This document shows positions 37,569 to 50,632 of a DNA stretch of 64,000 bases, in pieces. The notes under the pieces were generated by a model. The model had not been told where the DNA came from, did no database searches, and saw only the letters and a program-made list of their open reading frames with translations. The stretch covers positions 8,186,001 to 8,250,000 of the forward strand of contig NC_086109.1 in the NCBI RefSeq assembly GCF_963921235.1, read 5' to 3'. This stretch comes from Mobula hypostoma. Lineage: Eukaryota. How positions within the stretch are numbered: the stretch's first letter is position 1; each line of letters opens with the position of its first letter. A program made the translations under genes and the position numbers.

Positions 37569-39133
37569 TAGTTGCAAGAAAAAGTTTGCAAACCCTTTGC
37601 AATTACCTGATTTTCTACATTAATTACTCATAAAATGTGGTCTGATCTTCATCTAAGTCACAACAATAATAACCTCCACCAAATGTTTCCTGTGGCTACT
37701 GATCAGACTTGCATGACAACGAGGAGGAATTTTAGACCATTTCTATATACAAAGCTGTATTCAAATACTGGAAAAACTTGCAGGAACAGCCCTCTTCAGG
37801 TCATGTCACAGCATCTCTATTCAGTCAAGGTCTGGACTCTGACTTGGCCATACCAAGTCAGAACCATACCATGACAGCTATATTGACAGGAAAGGAATAG
37901 AGGGTTATGGGCTTAGTGCAGGTCGGTGGGACTAGGTGAGAGTAAGAGTTCGGCACGGACTGGAAGGGCCGAGATGGCCTGTTTCCGTGCTGTAATTGTT
38001 ATATGGTTACCAAAACACAGTTTTTTTTCTTTTTAAACCATTCTGTTGTTGATTTACTCTTGTGTTTCAGATCATTGTCTTGTTGCATCATCCAACTTTT
38101 AAGCTTCAGGTGACAGACCGCTACCCTGACATTCTCCTGTAAAATGCCTTGGTACAATTTTGGATTTATTGTTCTCTCAATGATTGCAAGCTGTCCAGAC
38201 CCTGAGGCAGCAAAGCGGCCTCAAAACATGATGCTCCTTCCACCATGTTTCACGGCTGGGATGAGGTTTTGATGTTGGTGTGCAGTGCCCTTTTCCCCTC
38301 CAAACATAGCAATGTGCATTTCTGCCAGAAAGTTCAACTTTTGTCTCATCTGCCCACAGAACATTTTTCCAGAAGTGTTGTGAAAAATTCAGGTTGTCTT
38401 TTTGCAAACTTGAGATGTGGTTTCCTCTGTGGTGTCCTTCCATGAACACCATTCTTGTTCAGTGTTTTTCTTACAGTAGACACATGACAGACTTTAGCAA
38501 GTTCTAGAGATTTCTGCAGGTCTTTTCCTGTTACACTTGGGTTCATTTTCACCTCCATCAACATTGTACATTGTGCTCTTGGTGTGATCTTTGCAAGATG
38601 TGCACTCCTAGGGAGAGTAGCAACAGTACCGAGATTACTCCATTTGTAGACAATTTCTCTTACTGTGGACTGATGAACACTCAAGTCTTTTGGAAATGCT
38701 TTTGTTTCCTGCAATTCTATAATTCTTCTTCTAAGGTCCTTTGAAAGTTGTTTCAATAGAGGCATGGTGCACATAAACAGATCTTTCTTGAGTAGAGCAG
38801 GCTCTTTCAGTAACCTGACTTAGTTTGTCTTTTTTATATGGCAGGGCACCTCTACAACCCATACCTCCAATCTCATCTCATTAGCGGGAACACCTGACTC
38901 CAAATAGCAGTACCCCAGAGGTTCACATACTTTTTTGAATGTAGACTGTGATTGTTTAAATTTTGCACTCAGTATTGATGAGAAGAAGTACAAATTGTTG
39001 GTGTGTTATTAGTTTAGGCAGATTGTGATTGTCTATTATTGTGCCTTAGATGAAGATCAGACCACATTTTATGAGTAATTAATGCAGAAAGCTAGGTAAT
39101 AGCAAAGGGTTCGCAGACTTTTTCTTGTAACTA
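37569..39133 (-). mobile_element. Near full-length degraded Tc1 transposon
   Basis: TIRs of about 100 bp. Transposase remnants KQLSKDLRRRII..QSTVREIVYKW..HVSTVRKTLNKNGVHGR and FWKNVLWADETKVEL. Confidence 0.92.
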
Positions 39134-40324
39134 TATATCTATTAAGTAAGTTATTTCTTGCTTGTTTATCCTGTAATATTGTATCCTGTCAGTTTTTATG
39201 GATTGTCATAATAATGATTATTATTATTATAGTGTTGCGCATAAGGGACCTTTTTGAAAAGGCAATTTGTCGGGTGGAAGGTGTCTACAAAGGTGTTTCC
39301 TGCCCTGTTCTTTTCCCTGGACCCATCAAGTCCTGCGGTGATGGTAGAGTGCAGCCAGTGACCTTTTCTGCTGTCCTGACAGTTAACAGTAATTTTTGTA
39401 TATTAGAGAGGATGCCGCACCCAAGTCCTGAAGCAACTCTGACTGATGTGCCATGAGATTGAAAGCTGAGAGTTTATCCTCGACATGGTTCTTAATTTTA
39501 TTAATCTCAGATCTCAACAATGCAGCCATTGGAGTGTTGTCCATCTCCTAGGTGACTTACATTTGAGAGAGAGAGAGAATGTATGAAACTCTTATCACAG
39601 TACAGAAGTAGGGTCCCTTGGCCCACGATTTCCATGCCAGCCACCTAAACCAATCCCTTTCGCCAGCCCTTGTTTGCTAACAATTAGATTGGCAGCTGAG
39701 AGGGAAAGCCTCACAGAGTGACATGGGAAAAAGCCAGACAATTAGGGCCAAAGTGGCTTCTCTGACAAACTTCACCGTAGCATAACACTATTACGAGGTT
39801 CAATCCCTGCTACTGTCTGTAAGGAGTCTGTAGGCCTCCCCTTGACCACATATATTTCCAACAGGTGCTTTGGTTTCATCCCACATTCCAAAGATTTATG
39901 AGTTGGGTGAATTGATCACATGGGTGTAATTGGGCGACACAGGTCCAAAACTGTGCTGTATCCCTAAGTAAAAAAAAATAAAAATTTGAAAAAAGTAACT
40001 AATGATGGGCTGAATGGCCTCATTTTGTGTCAACTATCTTCTGCTTCTCTGGTTGCCTCCACATTGGAGGAAAGATGTACTTGCCTGGGAGCGTGCAAAG
40101 AGGGAATCTGAGGATGTTATTAGAACTGGAAAACTGGAGCTGTGCCTTGAGTGGATGAGCTAACATTGTTTACTTCAGGACTGCGGAGACTGAGGTGATT
40201 CAGTGTGTAAAATAGAAGATCAGGGAGACTGTAGATCGGAAGGATGAATTTCTTTTCACGCAATGGTCAAAAACCAGGGGGCATAGATTTCAAGATTCAA
40301 GGTTGTTCATTGGCATACTTCAGT

Positions 40325-41740
40325 ATTGGAGGAGGTTCACAAAAATGATTCCAGGATTGAAAGGCTTGTCATATGAGGAGTGTTTGATGGCTCTGGGCCT
40401 GTACCCACTGGAATTCAGAAGAATTGGGCGGGGTGGGGGGTATCTCATTGAAATTTGTCAAATATTGAAAGGCCTCGATAGAGTGAATGTGGAGAGGATG
40501 TTTCCTATACACAAAATACTCTGCAGATGCTGGGGTCAAAGCCACACTTACAAAAGGATGTTTCCTATTGTGGGAGAGTCTAAGACCAGAGGGCACAGCC
40601 TCAGAATAGAGGAGTGTCCTTTTAGAACAGAGATGAGGAGGAATTTCTTTAGCCAGAGAGTGGTGAATCTATGCAATTTGCTGCCACAGGTGGCTGTGGA
40701 GGCCAGGTCATTAGTTAAGGTAGAGGTTGCCAGGTTCTTGATTGGTCAGGACATGAAGGGTTACGGGGAGAAGGCAGGAGACTGGGGCTGAGAGGGAAAT
40801 GGATCAGCCATGATGAAATGGCGCAGCAGACTCGATGGGCCAAACAGCCTAATTCTGCTAGTATATCTTGTAGTACACAAGTAAAAAAGAGAATTAACTG
40901 ATTGTTACTCCAGATCTGATGCAGAATAAAAAAAAACACAACAAGCATAAAGAACACAACGAGGGGGGATAAAAGCAAAATAACGATAAATATAAATATA
41001 AAAGCAATCCTATAAAACAGTGTACAAGTAACTGTTATACAGAGAGTGACCGTCTGTACATAAAGTGACACTAGGTGATGTGTATGTAGAGGTGATGGGA
41101 AAGGTTAGTAAGTGGAGGTGTTGATCAGCCTGACGGCTTGGTGGAAGTTGTTGTTTTTGAGTCTAGTGGTCTTGCCGTGGATGCTGTGTAGCCACTTCCC
41201 TAATGGGAGTGGCCCCGTAGCTGAGGAAAGATGTGTTAGTTCTGGAGATGGTCCAGAGGAGGGTCACAAGAATGATCCCAGAAATGAAAGGCTTAACGTT
41301 TGAGGATCTTTTGATGCCTCTGGGCCTGTGCTCGCTGGAGTTCAGGAGGATCAGTGGGAGTGTCGGGGGAAAGAATCTCACTGAAACCAACTGGATACTG
41401 AAAGGTTCGGAAGGGTGGACGTGGACAGGATGTTTCCATAAGTAGGATGATATATGATCTGAGGGTATGGACATCAGAATAGAAGGATGTTACTTTAGAA
41501 ATGAGATGAAGAGGAATTTCTTCAGCCAAAGGGTGCTGAATCTGTGGAATTCATTACTACAGAGGGGTTGAAGGTGATGGCCATGGGTGTATTTAAGGCA
41601 GAGATTGTTAGGTTTGTGATTGGTAAGGGGGTTAACGAATATGTGGAAAATGAGGTTGAAAAGAAACTGCAGTGATTGAATGGAGCAGAATCGATGGGCC
41701 AAATGACCTAATTCTGCTCCTATGTCTTGTGGTCTTAAGC
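40325..41740 (+). mobile_element. Two CR1 3' fragments separated by a Rex-like tail
   Basis: ORFs 40303-40791 and 41233-41445 are CR1 C-terminal peptides. Confidence 0.8.
40509..40554 (-). mobile_element. 46-nt Penelope terminal fragment with perfect 14-bp TSD
   Basis: aggatgtttcctat at 40495-40508 and 40555-40568 flanks acacaaaatactctgcagatgctgg. Confidence 0.75.
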
Positions 41741-42453
41741 AACCAGCTGGTTTGGGGGTAATTTTAGCTTTGGAAGGCAGTGTAAATGGAGTCCACTCCA
41801 TATTGTATGTTCTGCCAGATCGGCATCTCAGTTGACAGACACTGGAGGTGATGGGTGGATCCAGTTGAGGAGGAGTGATAGGCAGATGGAGGAAATGGGT
41901 GCTTAACGACTCCAAACCACAACAACACCATGGTCCTCTTGGGGATTCACAAGATAAACATAAATTAAATATGGTTTTTATAAGAAAGAACACAATTAGA
42001 ACAAAACAAAATGGAGTCCATTTTAGTGCCAGTGGTCATAATTCTCAATCTTCCATGATTAGGATTGTGCCTGTTAGGACAGCAAGGTGATGTAATGATT
42101 TACAGTACTGGCTTATAAGATGAGGGTTCAATTCCCTCCGCTCTCTGTAAGGAGTTTGCATGTTCGATCTTTGAGTTTCCTCCGGGTGCTCCGGTTTCCT
42201 TCCACATTTCAAAGACATATGGGTTAGGGCTAGTAAGCTGTGGGCATTCTACATTGGTGCTGGAGGCGTGGTAACGCTTGTGGGCTGCCCCCAGCACATC
42301 CTCAGATGCATTTCAGTTTGTGTTAATGTTTTGATATACCTGCGACAAAATAAAGCTAATCTTTAAAGATCTTCCTTTAAGTAGGGCCCTAGAACCACGT
42401 TATTCCATTGGGGGTGGACTTGCCTTTGGTCCCAGTACCTGATGAGCTTATAA

Positions 42454-42633
<180 letters not shown>

Positions 42634-43959
42634 TGAGTGGTCGGATTACATGTTGATTTTGATAGTTTCTAATCATTCAGGAGTTGTAGACTTCACAGAC
42701 TGAGCCAAGGTTCAGTTGCCCATCCCTCGTTGTCCTTGAGTAGGTGGTAGTAAGCTGCCTTTTTGAACCACTGCTGTGAAATAGTTGTTAAAAAGTTTTG
42801 GGACTAATTAAACCTCCCAGTGAATATCCAACAGGCAATTGAGTGTAAGAGCCTTGTGACTTGAAACTAGTTAACTTGGAATGTAGTTCTTTTCCTTCTG
42901 AGGATCAGAATCCCTGATGGAGCCTGTATCATGAAATCTGTTGTTCTGCAGCAGCAGTACAGTGCAATACATAAAAAATACAAAAAGTTACAAAAACAAA
43001 TCATTCATTCATTATGTGACTGTTCTTGGCTAATTTTTCTACCGTAGTGGTTTGCCATTGCCTTCATCTGGGCAGTGTCTTTACAAGATGGGTGACCCCA
43101 GACATTATCAATACTCTTCAGAGATTGTCTGCCTGGCGTCAGTGGTCGCATAACCAGGACTTGTGATCTGCACCAGCTTCTCATACGACCGTCCACCACC
43201 TGATCCCATGGCTTTACATGATCCTGATCTGGGGGGGTAAGCAGGTGCTACACCTTGCCCAAGGGTGACCTATTTGCAGGCTAGCGGAGGGAAGGAGCAT
43301 CTTACACCTCCTTTGGTAGAGAATTATCTCCACCCGCCATCCAACAAAAAATAAATAAATAATACTAAAGAGGAACAGTGGGGTGGTGTTCATGGATTCA
43401 TGGACTACTCAAAAATCTGATGGTGAAGGAGAAGAAGCTCATTCTAAAATGTTGAGCGTGTGTCTTCAGGCTCATGTACCTCCACTGGTGGTAATAATGA
43501 GAAGACGGCATGTTCTGGATGTCCCAATGTCAAATGAAGGATGTAGACAAGTAGATGACAAACACAAGAGATTGTGTAGATGCTGGAAATCCAGAGTAAC
43601 ACACACAGAATGCTGGAAGACCTCAGCAGGTCTGGCAGCACCCTTGGAGAGGAATGAACAGTCAACGTTTCGGGCTGAGAGTGGAAAGGAAGGGGGAAGA
43701 AGGCAGAATAAGAAGGTGGGGTGAGAGGAAGGAGCGCAAGTTGGCGGCTGATAAGTGAGACCAGGTGAGAGGGAAGGTAGGTGGGTGGGAGAGGAGGGAT
43801 GAAGAGGGAAGCTGGGAGGTGATAAGGAGAAAAAAATAAAGGAATAAAGAAGGAATATGATAGAAGAGGACACTGGTGTAACATCTGGTGTCCCCTTTTT
43901 CCCATGGTCCACTCCCTCCTCCTATCAGATTCATGGCAGTGATTGATGAATTATTCAAT

Positions 43960-44675
43960 ATTCAGCATTAATGGCAGGATCCTTAAGGGTGGAGGAAGAA
44001 CAGGATCTTGGGATCGACATCCTTAGATCCCTCAAAGTTCCCTCACAAGTTGATAGGCGGGTTAAGAGTGTGTATGTTGTGCTGGCCTTCATCAGTCAGG
44101 GGATTGAGTTCAAGGGGTAATGTCACAGCTCTATAAAGCCCTGGATAGACTACTACACTTGGAACATTGCGTTCAGTTCTGGTCACCTCGTTACAGGAAG
44201 GATGTGGAGCTTTAAAGAGAGTGCAGAGGAGATTTACCAGAGTGCTACCTGGATTAGAGAACCTGTCTCATCAGGAAAAGTTGGATGAGCTTTTCTTTTT
44301 AGAGAGAAGGAAGGTGAAAGGTGACTTGATAGAGGTCCACAACATGATAAGAGACATAGAGAGGATAAAGCCTTTTCCCCAGGGTGACACAGGCTAATAT
44401 GAGAGGACATAATATTAAAATGGTTGAAAGAAAATATAGAGGGGAAGTGAGAGGTAGGCTTTTTACACAGAGAGTGGTAGGCGTGTGGAGTATACTCCCA
44501 GGGATGGTGGTAGAGGCAGATACATTGGGGACATTTAAGAGATTCTTAGAGAGGCACGTGGATGAAAGAAACATGGAAGGCTATGTGGGAGAGAAGAGTT
44601 AGATTGATCTTGGAGTAGGTTAGACTTTGTGAGACAAAGGGCCTGTACTGTGCTGTACTGTTCTATGTTCTATGA
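43960..44675 (+). mobile_element. CR1 3' fragment
   Basis: RVQRRFTRVLPGL, GRLFTQRVVGVWSILPGMVVEADTLGTFKR, (ttctatg)n tail. Confidence 0.85.
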
Positions 44676-45179
44676 GTCTTAAAAGCAGTGGGGTAGAATC
44701 GGTTCTTGATTTTGAACATTGGGGCTTTCAATTCTCTCTGTCTTCTCCAAGAAGGTAGAAGAGAGTAAAGGGAATGGCCATGGAGCCAGGCATTCTTAAA
44801 GAAACTGTTAGCCTTCCTGATGCAGCACAGCGTGACGATAGACTGAGCAAAGACACTTTGTTCAACAGTGCTAATTAATTTTCAGTCAAAAGTTAATGAA
44901 TCGTTAAGGTGTTTTCTAAAATCGTTGTAACTGAGTTATTTGGAACCACATCATTGCAAAACCTCTCACTGTGCCTCCCTCTATTAAGGTCTGAAGCCCT
45001 GAGAGCCAAAAGCCTGGCTCAGTCAGTGACTGCGATGCTAATTTTGACTTTCTACACAATATTACTATGGAATTGCATTTATTCTTTTGCTTTGCGTAAT
45101 GAGGAAAAATAAATGTGCCCCAGGGGGAAAGGAAACGTCATTGCTTCAGCGTCGAAAGTTGTCTACTTAGGTTACCTTA

Positions 45180-45515
45180 AGGCCATAAGACATAGGAGCA
45201 GAATTAGGCCATTCATTCCATCGAGCCTGCTTCACCATTCCATCGTGGCCGATTTATTATCCCTGTCAACACCATTCTCCTGACTTCTCCCCCCATAACC
45301 CTTAACATTCTTACTAATCAAGAACCTATCAACCTCTGCTTTAAAAATACTCAATGACTTGGCCTCCACAGCCCTCTGTGGCAATGAATTCCAGGGATTT
45401 GCCATCCTCTGGCCAAAGAACTCCCTTCTCATGTCTGTTCTGAATGGACGTGCAGTACTTGTATTCTGAAGTTGTGTCCCCTGGTGCAGGACAGTCCCAT
45501 TATTGGAACCATCTC
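45180..45515 (-). mobile_element. CR1 3' fragment
   Basis: ORF 45232-45432 RREFFGQRMANPWNSLPQRAVEA. Confidence 0.85.
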
Positions 45516-45673
45516 AGAATGACTTTCATTCCTTTGACTGGCTTCATGGGGAATAATAAATCTATCAAAGAGGGGGTGTGGAGAGAGAAGAAATGCCAGT
45601 GATTCAGTCTTGAAAGCTGTCTACTTCTGTTACCTTAACTGGATGGTCTAACCCCTTGCCCCTCTCTTCCCAG

Positions 45674-45799
45674 GTACCCACGTAATGGAAGGGTCCGGTC
45701 GGATTGTTGTAACTGCGGTGGGTTTGAACTCCCAAACTGGTATCATTTTCACGCTCTTAGGAGCAGGTATGGATGAGGAAGAGAAGAAAAACAAGAAGG
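45674..45799 (+). CDS. ATP2B4: PMCA coding exon: (G)[41 protein letters not shown]
   Basis: PMCA motif [26 protein letters not shown]. Acceptor ctcttcccag, donor gtgagt, 126 nt, in frame. Confidence 0.97.
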
Positions 45800-46970
45800 G
45801 TGAGTAGCGTCCTCCCAACTGCTTAACATAAAGTTAGAAGTTGCGGAATATTTCCCAACCTTATCTTATACATGTTCTCCACGAATAAACTTAGAAGGTT
45901 GCTTAGATTTCACCTTGTGCACATAGATATAATTAACTAAGGTATTATTCAAAGTAAATTTTATTATCGAAGTACATATATATTTCACCATATACAACCC
46001 TGAGATTTGTTTTCTTGCGGGCATACTCAATAAATCCAATAACAATAATAGAATCAATGAAAGACTGCGCCAACAGGGCAGACAGCCAGTATGCAAAAGA
46101 CAACAAACTCTGCAAATATAAAAAGGACAAAAAAGAAATAATAATAATAATGATAATAAATAAATGAGCAATAAATATCAAAAACATGAGATGAGGAGTC
46201 CTTGAAAGTGAGTCTATAGGTTGTGGGAACGGTTCAGTGATGGGGCAAGTGAAGTTGGGTGAAGTTATCCTCTCTGGTCCAAGAGCCTGATGATTGAGGG
46301 GTAGTAACTGTTCCTGACCCTGGTGATGTGAGTCCTGAGGCTCCTGTATCTTCTTCCCGGTGGCCACAGCGAGAAGAAACCGTGACCTGGCTGGTGGGAG
46401 TCCCTGATGATGGATGCTGCTTTCCTTCAACAGCATCTTGTGTAGGTGTGCTCAATGGTGGGGAGATCTTTACCTGTGATGGACTGAGCCATATCCACTA
46501 CTTTTTGCAGGATTTACACAATTTTTGAGTGCTGTTGCTTTCTATTGCATTTTACTGTTAGGCATTATACACTGTGCAGAACCCCCATAAACGGCTGCAG
46601 TAATCTTAGGTTCTTATGGAACAGTATTTGCAAATTTCTAAATGCACTGTTATTCTTTTTGTCAACTACTTGGAAGTTCTTAAACTGCACTGGCAATCCA
46701 GATTTCTTTGTCAAAGGACAGACTATGTAGATAAATGAAAACTTAGTTCAGAAAAGGATGCCACGGTGGCATAGCGGTTAACAGGGTGTTACTACAGCTC
46801 AGGCCATTGGAGTTCAATTCTGCAAGGAGTTTGTACGTTCTTCCCGTGACCGCATGACTTTCCTCCAGGTCCTCTGGTTTCCTACCACAGTCCAAAGACA
46901 TACCAGTTAGTAGGCTAGCTGGTCATTGTAAATTGTCCCGTGACTAGGCTAGGCTTAAACAGGTACACTC

Positions 46971-47165
46971 GCCGGCCAGTGGTATAGTCGCATTAGCACC
47001 GGACCCCAAGGCGAGTGGTCCCGGGTTCGAATCCAGCCAAGCCCTTGCACGTTTTCTATCCGTGCTGGGTTGAGCGTCGAGCTAGCAACTCACCTCTCAT
47101 AAAACAGACAAACAGTAGAGCAACGGCAAGGTTGCTGCCCGATGTACCAGTGAGGCACATGGGGA
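46971..47165 (+). mobile_element. tRNA-derived SINE nested in a V-SINE
   Basis: Head gccggccagtggtatagt..gggttcgaatcc; flanked by the probable TSD ttaaacaggt / ttaaataggt. Confidence 0.7.
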
Positions 47166-49044
47166 TATTACCATTATTAAATAGGTGGGTTGCTGGGCGA
47201 TACTTGCTCATTGGGCCAGAAGGGCCTGTCCCACACTGTATCTCCGAATTAAAAAAGAAAAATCTCTTTTTTTCTGATGACTGAGTAATATGCAGCCTAT
47301 TTATTCAGTTTTAAATGAAATATTGAGATGTAAATTATCCTTTAACATGTCAGATCCATGCTATACAATAATGTTATAAACTTGACAAAATACATAGGTT
47401 TTAAGAGACTTCACTGGGCTTCAATGTACACTTGCTTGAAAATAACATTGCCTGTTTTGGATGATAAGTTATAGCTCTGGGTGACAGTCACATTCTTCCC
47501 CTTGTGCAGAACTTATTAAATTTTTTATCACATATTCTCTGCTAAGATTTACTATTTATATTTTTTTTTGTCAGTGGAGCTGGGTGTTGCTGCCAAGTTG
47601 GCCTGTAGTGGTCATTGGTCCCACCCTTTGTGTGAAACTGACTGAATTTCCTAAGCATTTTGCTGGTTGCATAAGATTCACCTGCACTGGGGTGGAGCTG
47701 CCAGGATTCCAGACTGAGAAAGTGAACAAACACCATGTTCTTTGGCTTGGACAGCGAACATCGAGCAGTTTGTTTTTTTTACAACCATTTCCATTTTCTG
47801 GGGAGAAAAAATCTCCTACTTTTTTAAAAAACAAGTTATTTGAAAGCAATCTACCTCAGTGGAATTTCAACTTGTTCTCGGGATTATTAGTTCAAATGGC
47901 TCAGTATTTTAAGTTATTAAAGATTTTTGCATACAGTAGCACATGTAAATTGCTTAGTAAAATGTTTTTGATGTAATTTTTAAGTGCTTTAGCTTTTAAT
48001 TGGGGCTTAAGCATATTAACTGTTTAAATAATTTAACTTGAGCTGTTATATAATTAGATTCTATATTATAAATCTTTTTTCACTTCTAGTACAATTGAGT
48101 CTAGGCATTAAGTGAATAACCAGTGTTTATGTAACTAGTTTCCCAACACATATCTTCTAACTGAATTCTGTCTAATAAAACTTTATTGTCCAAAGCAATA
48201 CCCTTTTATCGATCAACCGATTAAAGTCCTTGGAGAAATATTTGATCATAGCTAACAATAGTTGTAGTTCTGATGGAGGGTCTCAGCCTGAAACGTCGAC
48301 TGTTTATTCATTTCCATAGATGTTGTCTGACCTGCTGTGTTGCTCTGATTTCCAGCAGCTGCAGAATTTCTTGTATTTATGATCATAGTTAAAGTCTGCT
48401 GAAGTACAAGCTGATAAGTTAGTACTTGCCTTTTTTTTCCCATTGGTGGATATTAAATACCACATTTTTATTTTTAATTAATAAAGTAATGGGAAGCTAG
48501 CAGTCTCTGGGTAGTAATTCTCGAAAGATAAATTAATTCAGCATTATATTTGATGATCTGTGACAATACAGTATTTTGAACATTGGCTTCTGGTAACTCA
48601 TTGCCAAATTCTTATGGAATTGTGAGTGCAGTGAAATTTTGTCTGTCCATTCCAAGGGGGCTGGTAGTCTGTTCTTGAATAAACGTCTGGATTGCCTTCT
48701 CTTCTTCTCCCACCCCTGCCCCCACACATATACAAAATATGTTTCTTTTCAGGGCTATAGCTGTGGGATTGAATGTCATTGATATCATCACCAGTTTTTC
48801 TGAACAATTTTCAACTGCATTGAGTATTTTTTAAATGAAACAGCTCTTTATATTGACATGTCTATATTTTAATGCACTAGTTCACATCTTTTTCAAGGTC
48901 AAGTTTATTGTCATGTATGCACAGGTGCAATGATGAGCTTACTTGCAGCAGTACAGACACAGAATCAGGTTTAATATCACTGGCACATGTCATGAAATTT
49001 GCTGTTTTTACAGCAACGGAACACTGCAATACATAAAAACACTG

Positions 49045-49692
49045 ACAGGTTGACAGTCTTGTTAAGAAGGCATATGGTGTGTTGGCATTCCTCAACCGTG
49101 AGACTGAGTTCAAGAGCCGTGAGGTAATGTTACAGCTTTACAAGACCTTGGTCAGACCCCACTTGGAGTATCGTGTTCAGTTCTGGTCACCTTACTACAG
49201 GATGGATGTGGATACTAGAGAGAGAGTGCAGAGGAGATTTACAAGGACGTCGCCTGGATTGGAGAGGATGCCTTATGAAAATAGGATGAGTGAACTTGGC
49301 TTTTTCTCCTTGGAGCGACGGAGGATGAGAGGTGACTTGATAGAGGTGTATAAGATGCTGAGAGGCATTGATTGTGTGGATAGTCAGAAGCTTTTGCCCA
49401 GGGCTGAAAAGGCTAACATGAGGGGGCACAGTTTTAAGGTGCTTGGAGGTAGGTACAGAGGAGATGTCAGGGGTAAGTTTCTCACTGAGAGTGGTGGGTG
49501 CGTGGAATGCACTACCGGCGACGGTGATGGAGGTGGATGCAATAGGGTCTTTTAGGCAGGTACATGGAGCTTAGGAAAATAGCAGGCTATGCGGTAGGGA
49601 ACTTCTAGGCAGTTTCTAGAGTAGGTTACATGGTCAGCACAACATTGTGGGCCAAAGGGCCTGTAATGTGCTGTAGATTTTTATGTTCTATC
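49045..49692 (+). mobile_element. CR1 3' fragment
   Basis: ORF 49079-49555 LQLYKTLVRPHLEYRVQFWSP..RRMRGDLIEVYK. Confidence 0.9.
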
Positions 49693-49983
49693 ACTTACAG
49701 TATACAGTACTGCACAAAAGTCTTAAGCACCCTAGATTTTTTAATATAAATTTTGTTTTAGATGTTTATTTTTCTTCTGCATTAGTGTGTCAGTAGAAAA
49801 GAGCAAATTTTAGATTTCCAAGCATTCACTCTCCAAAAAATTAAATGTTACAGAGAAATTTCTGTATTTCATTAAAGAAAGTAACATATTAAGTAGTAGA
49901 CAACTCTTCATATAAAAACTCGATGACTTTGTTGGTATACAGCCCCATGCATGATTAAACAAAGATAACAACTGACAATGATA

Positions 49984-50632
49984 ACAACAGGAATTCTGCG
50001 GATGCTGGAAATTCAAGCAACACACATCAAAGTTGCTGGTGAACGCAGCAGGCTGGGCAGCATCTCTAGGAAGGGGTGCAGTCGACGTTTCGGGCCGAGA
50101 CCCTTTGTCAGGACTAACTGAAGGAAGAGCTAGTAAGAGATTTGAAAGTGGGAGGGGGAGGGGGAGGGATGGAGCCAAGAGCTGGACAGGTGATTGGCAA
50201 AGGGGATATGAGAGGATCATGGGACAGGAGGCCCAGGGAGAAGGGAAAAGGGGGGGGAACCCCAGAGGATGGGCAAGGGGTATAGTCAGAGGGACAGAGG
50301 GAGAAAAAGGAGAGTGAGAGAAAGAATGTCTGTATAAAAGTAAATAATTATACACACATTCTTTTTCTCTCTCCTTTTTCTCCCTCTGTCCCTCTGACTA
50401 CACTCCTTGCCCATCCTCTGGGTTTTTCCCCCCTACCCCTTTTCCTTCTCCCTGGGCCTCCTGTCTTCTCCTATCATTTTGGATCTCCCCCTCCCCCTCC
50501 CACTTTAAAATCTCTTACTCACTCTTCTTTCAATTAGTCCTGACGAAGGGTCTCGGCCTGAAACGTCGACTGTACCTCTTCCTAGAGATGCTGCCTGGCC
50601 TGCTGCGTTCACCAGCAACTTTGATGTGTGTT
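49984..50632. mobile_element. Long fold-back Penelope terminal-repeat insertion with perfect 14-bp TSD
   Basis: aactgacaatgata at 49970-49983 and 50633-50646; arms of about 300 nt inverted around about 50343. Confidence 0.9.
50536..50571 (+). ncRNA. Minimal type-I hammerhead ribozyme motif, intact core with GUC site and ACGU palindrome
   Basis: agtc CTGACGA a gggt-ctcg-gcct GAAAC GTC gact; predicted cut after 50567. Confidence 0.8.

Noticed and set aside
43005..43342. HDV-like ribozyme in an RTE-related repeat (minus strand UUGGGCAA-GGUG/CACC-UGCUUA)
   Set aside because: A P4-like hairpin and HDV-like junction are visible, but I could not assign consistent P2, P3 and L3 elements in this copy.
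47280..48900. Additional site-A exons in a TE-poor stretch
   Set aside because: Candidate acceptors such as 47574 run into stops or lack donors; no PMCA-like peptide was found.
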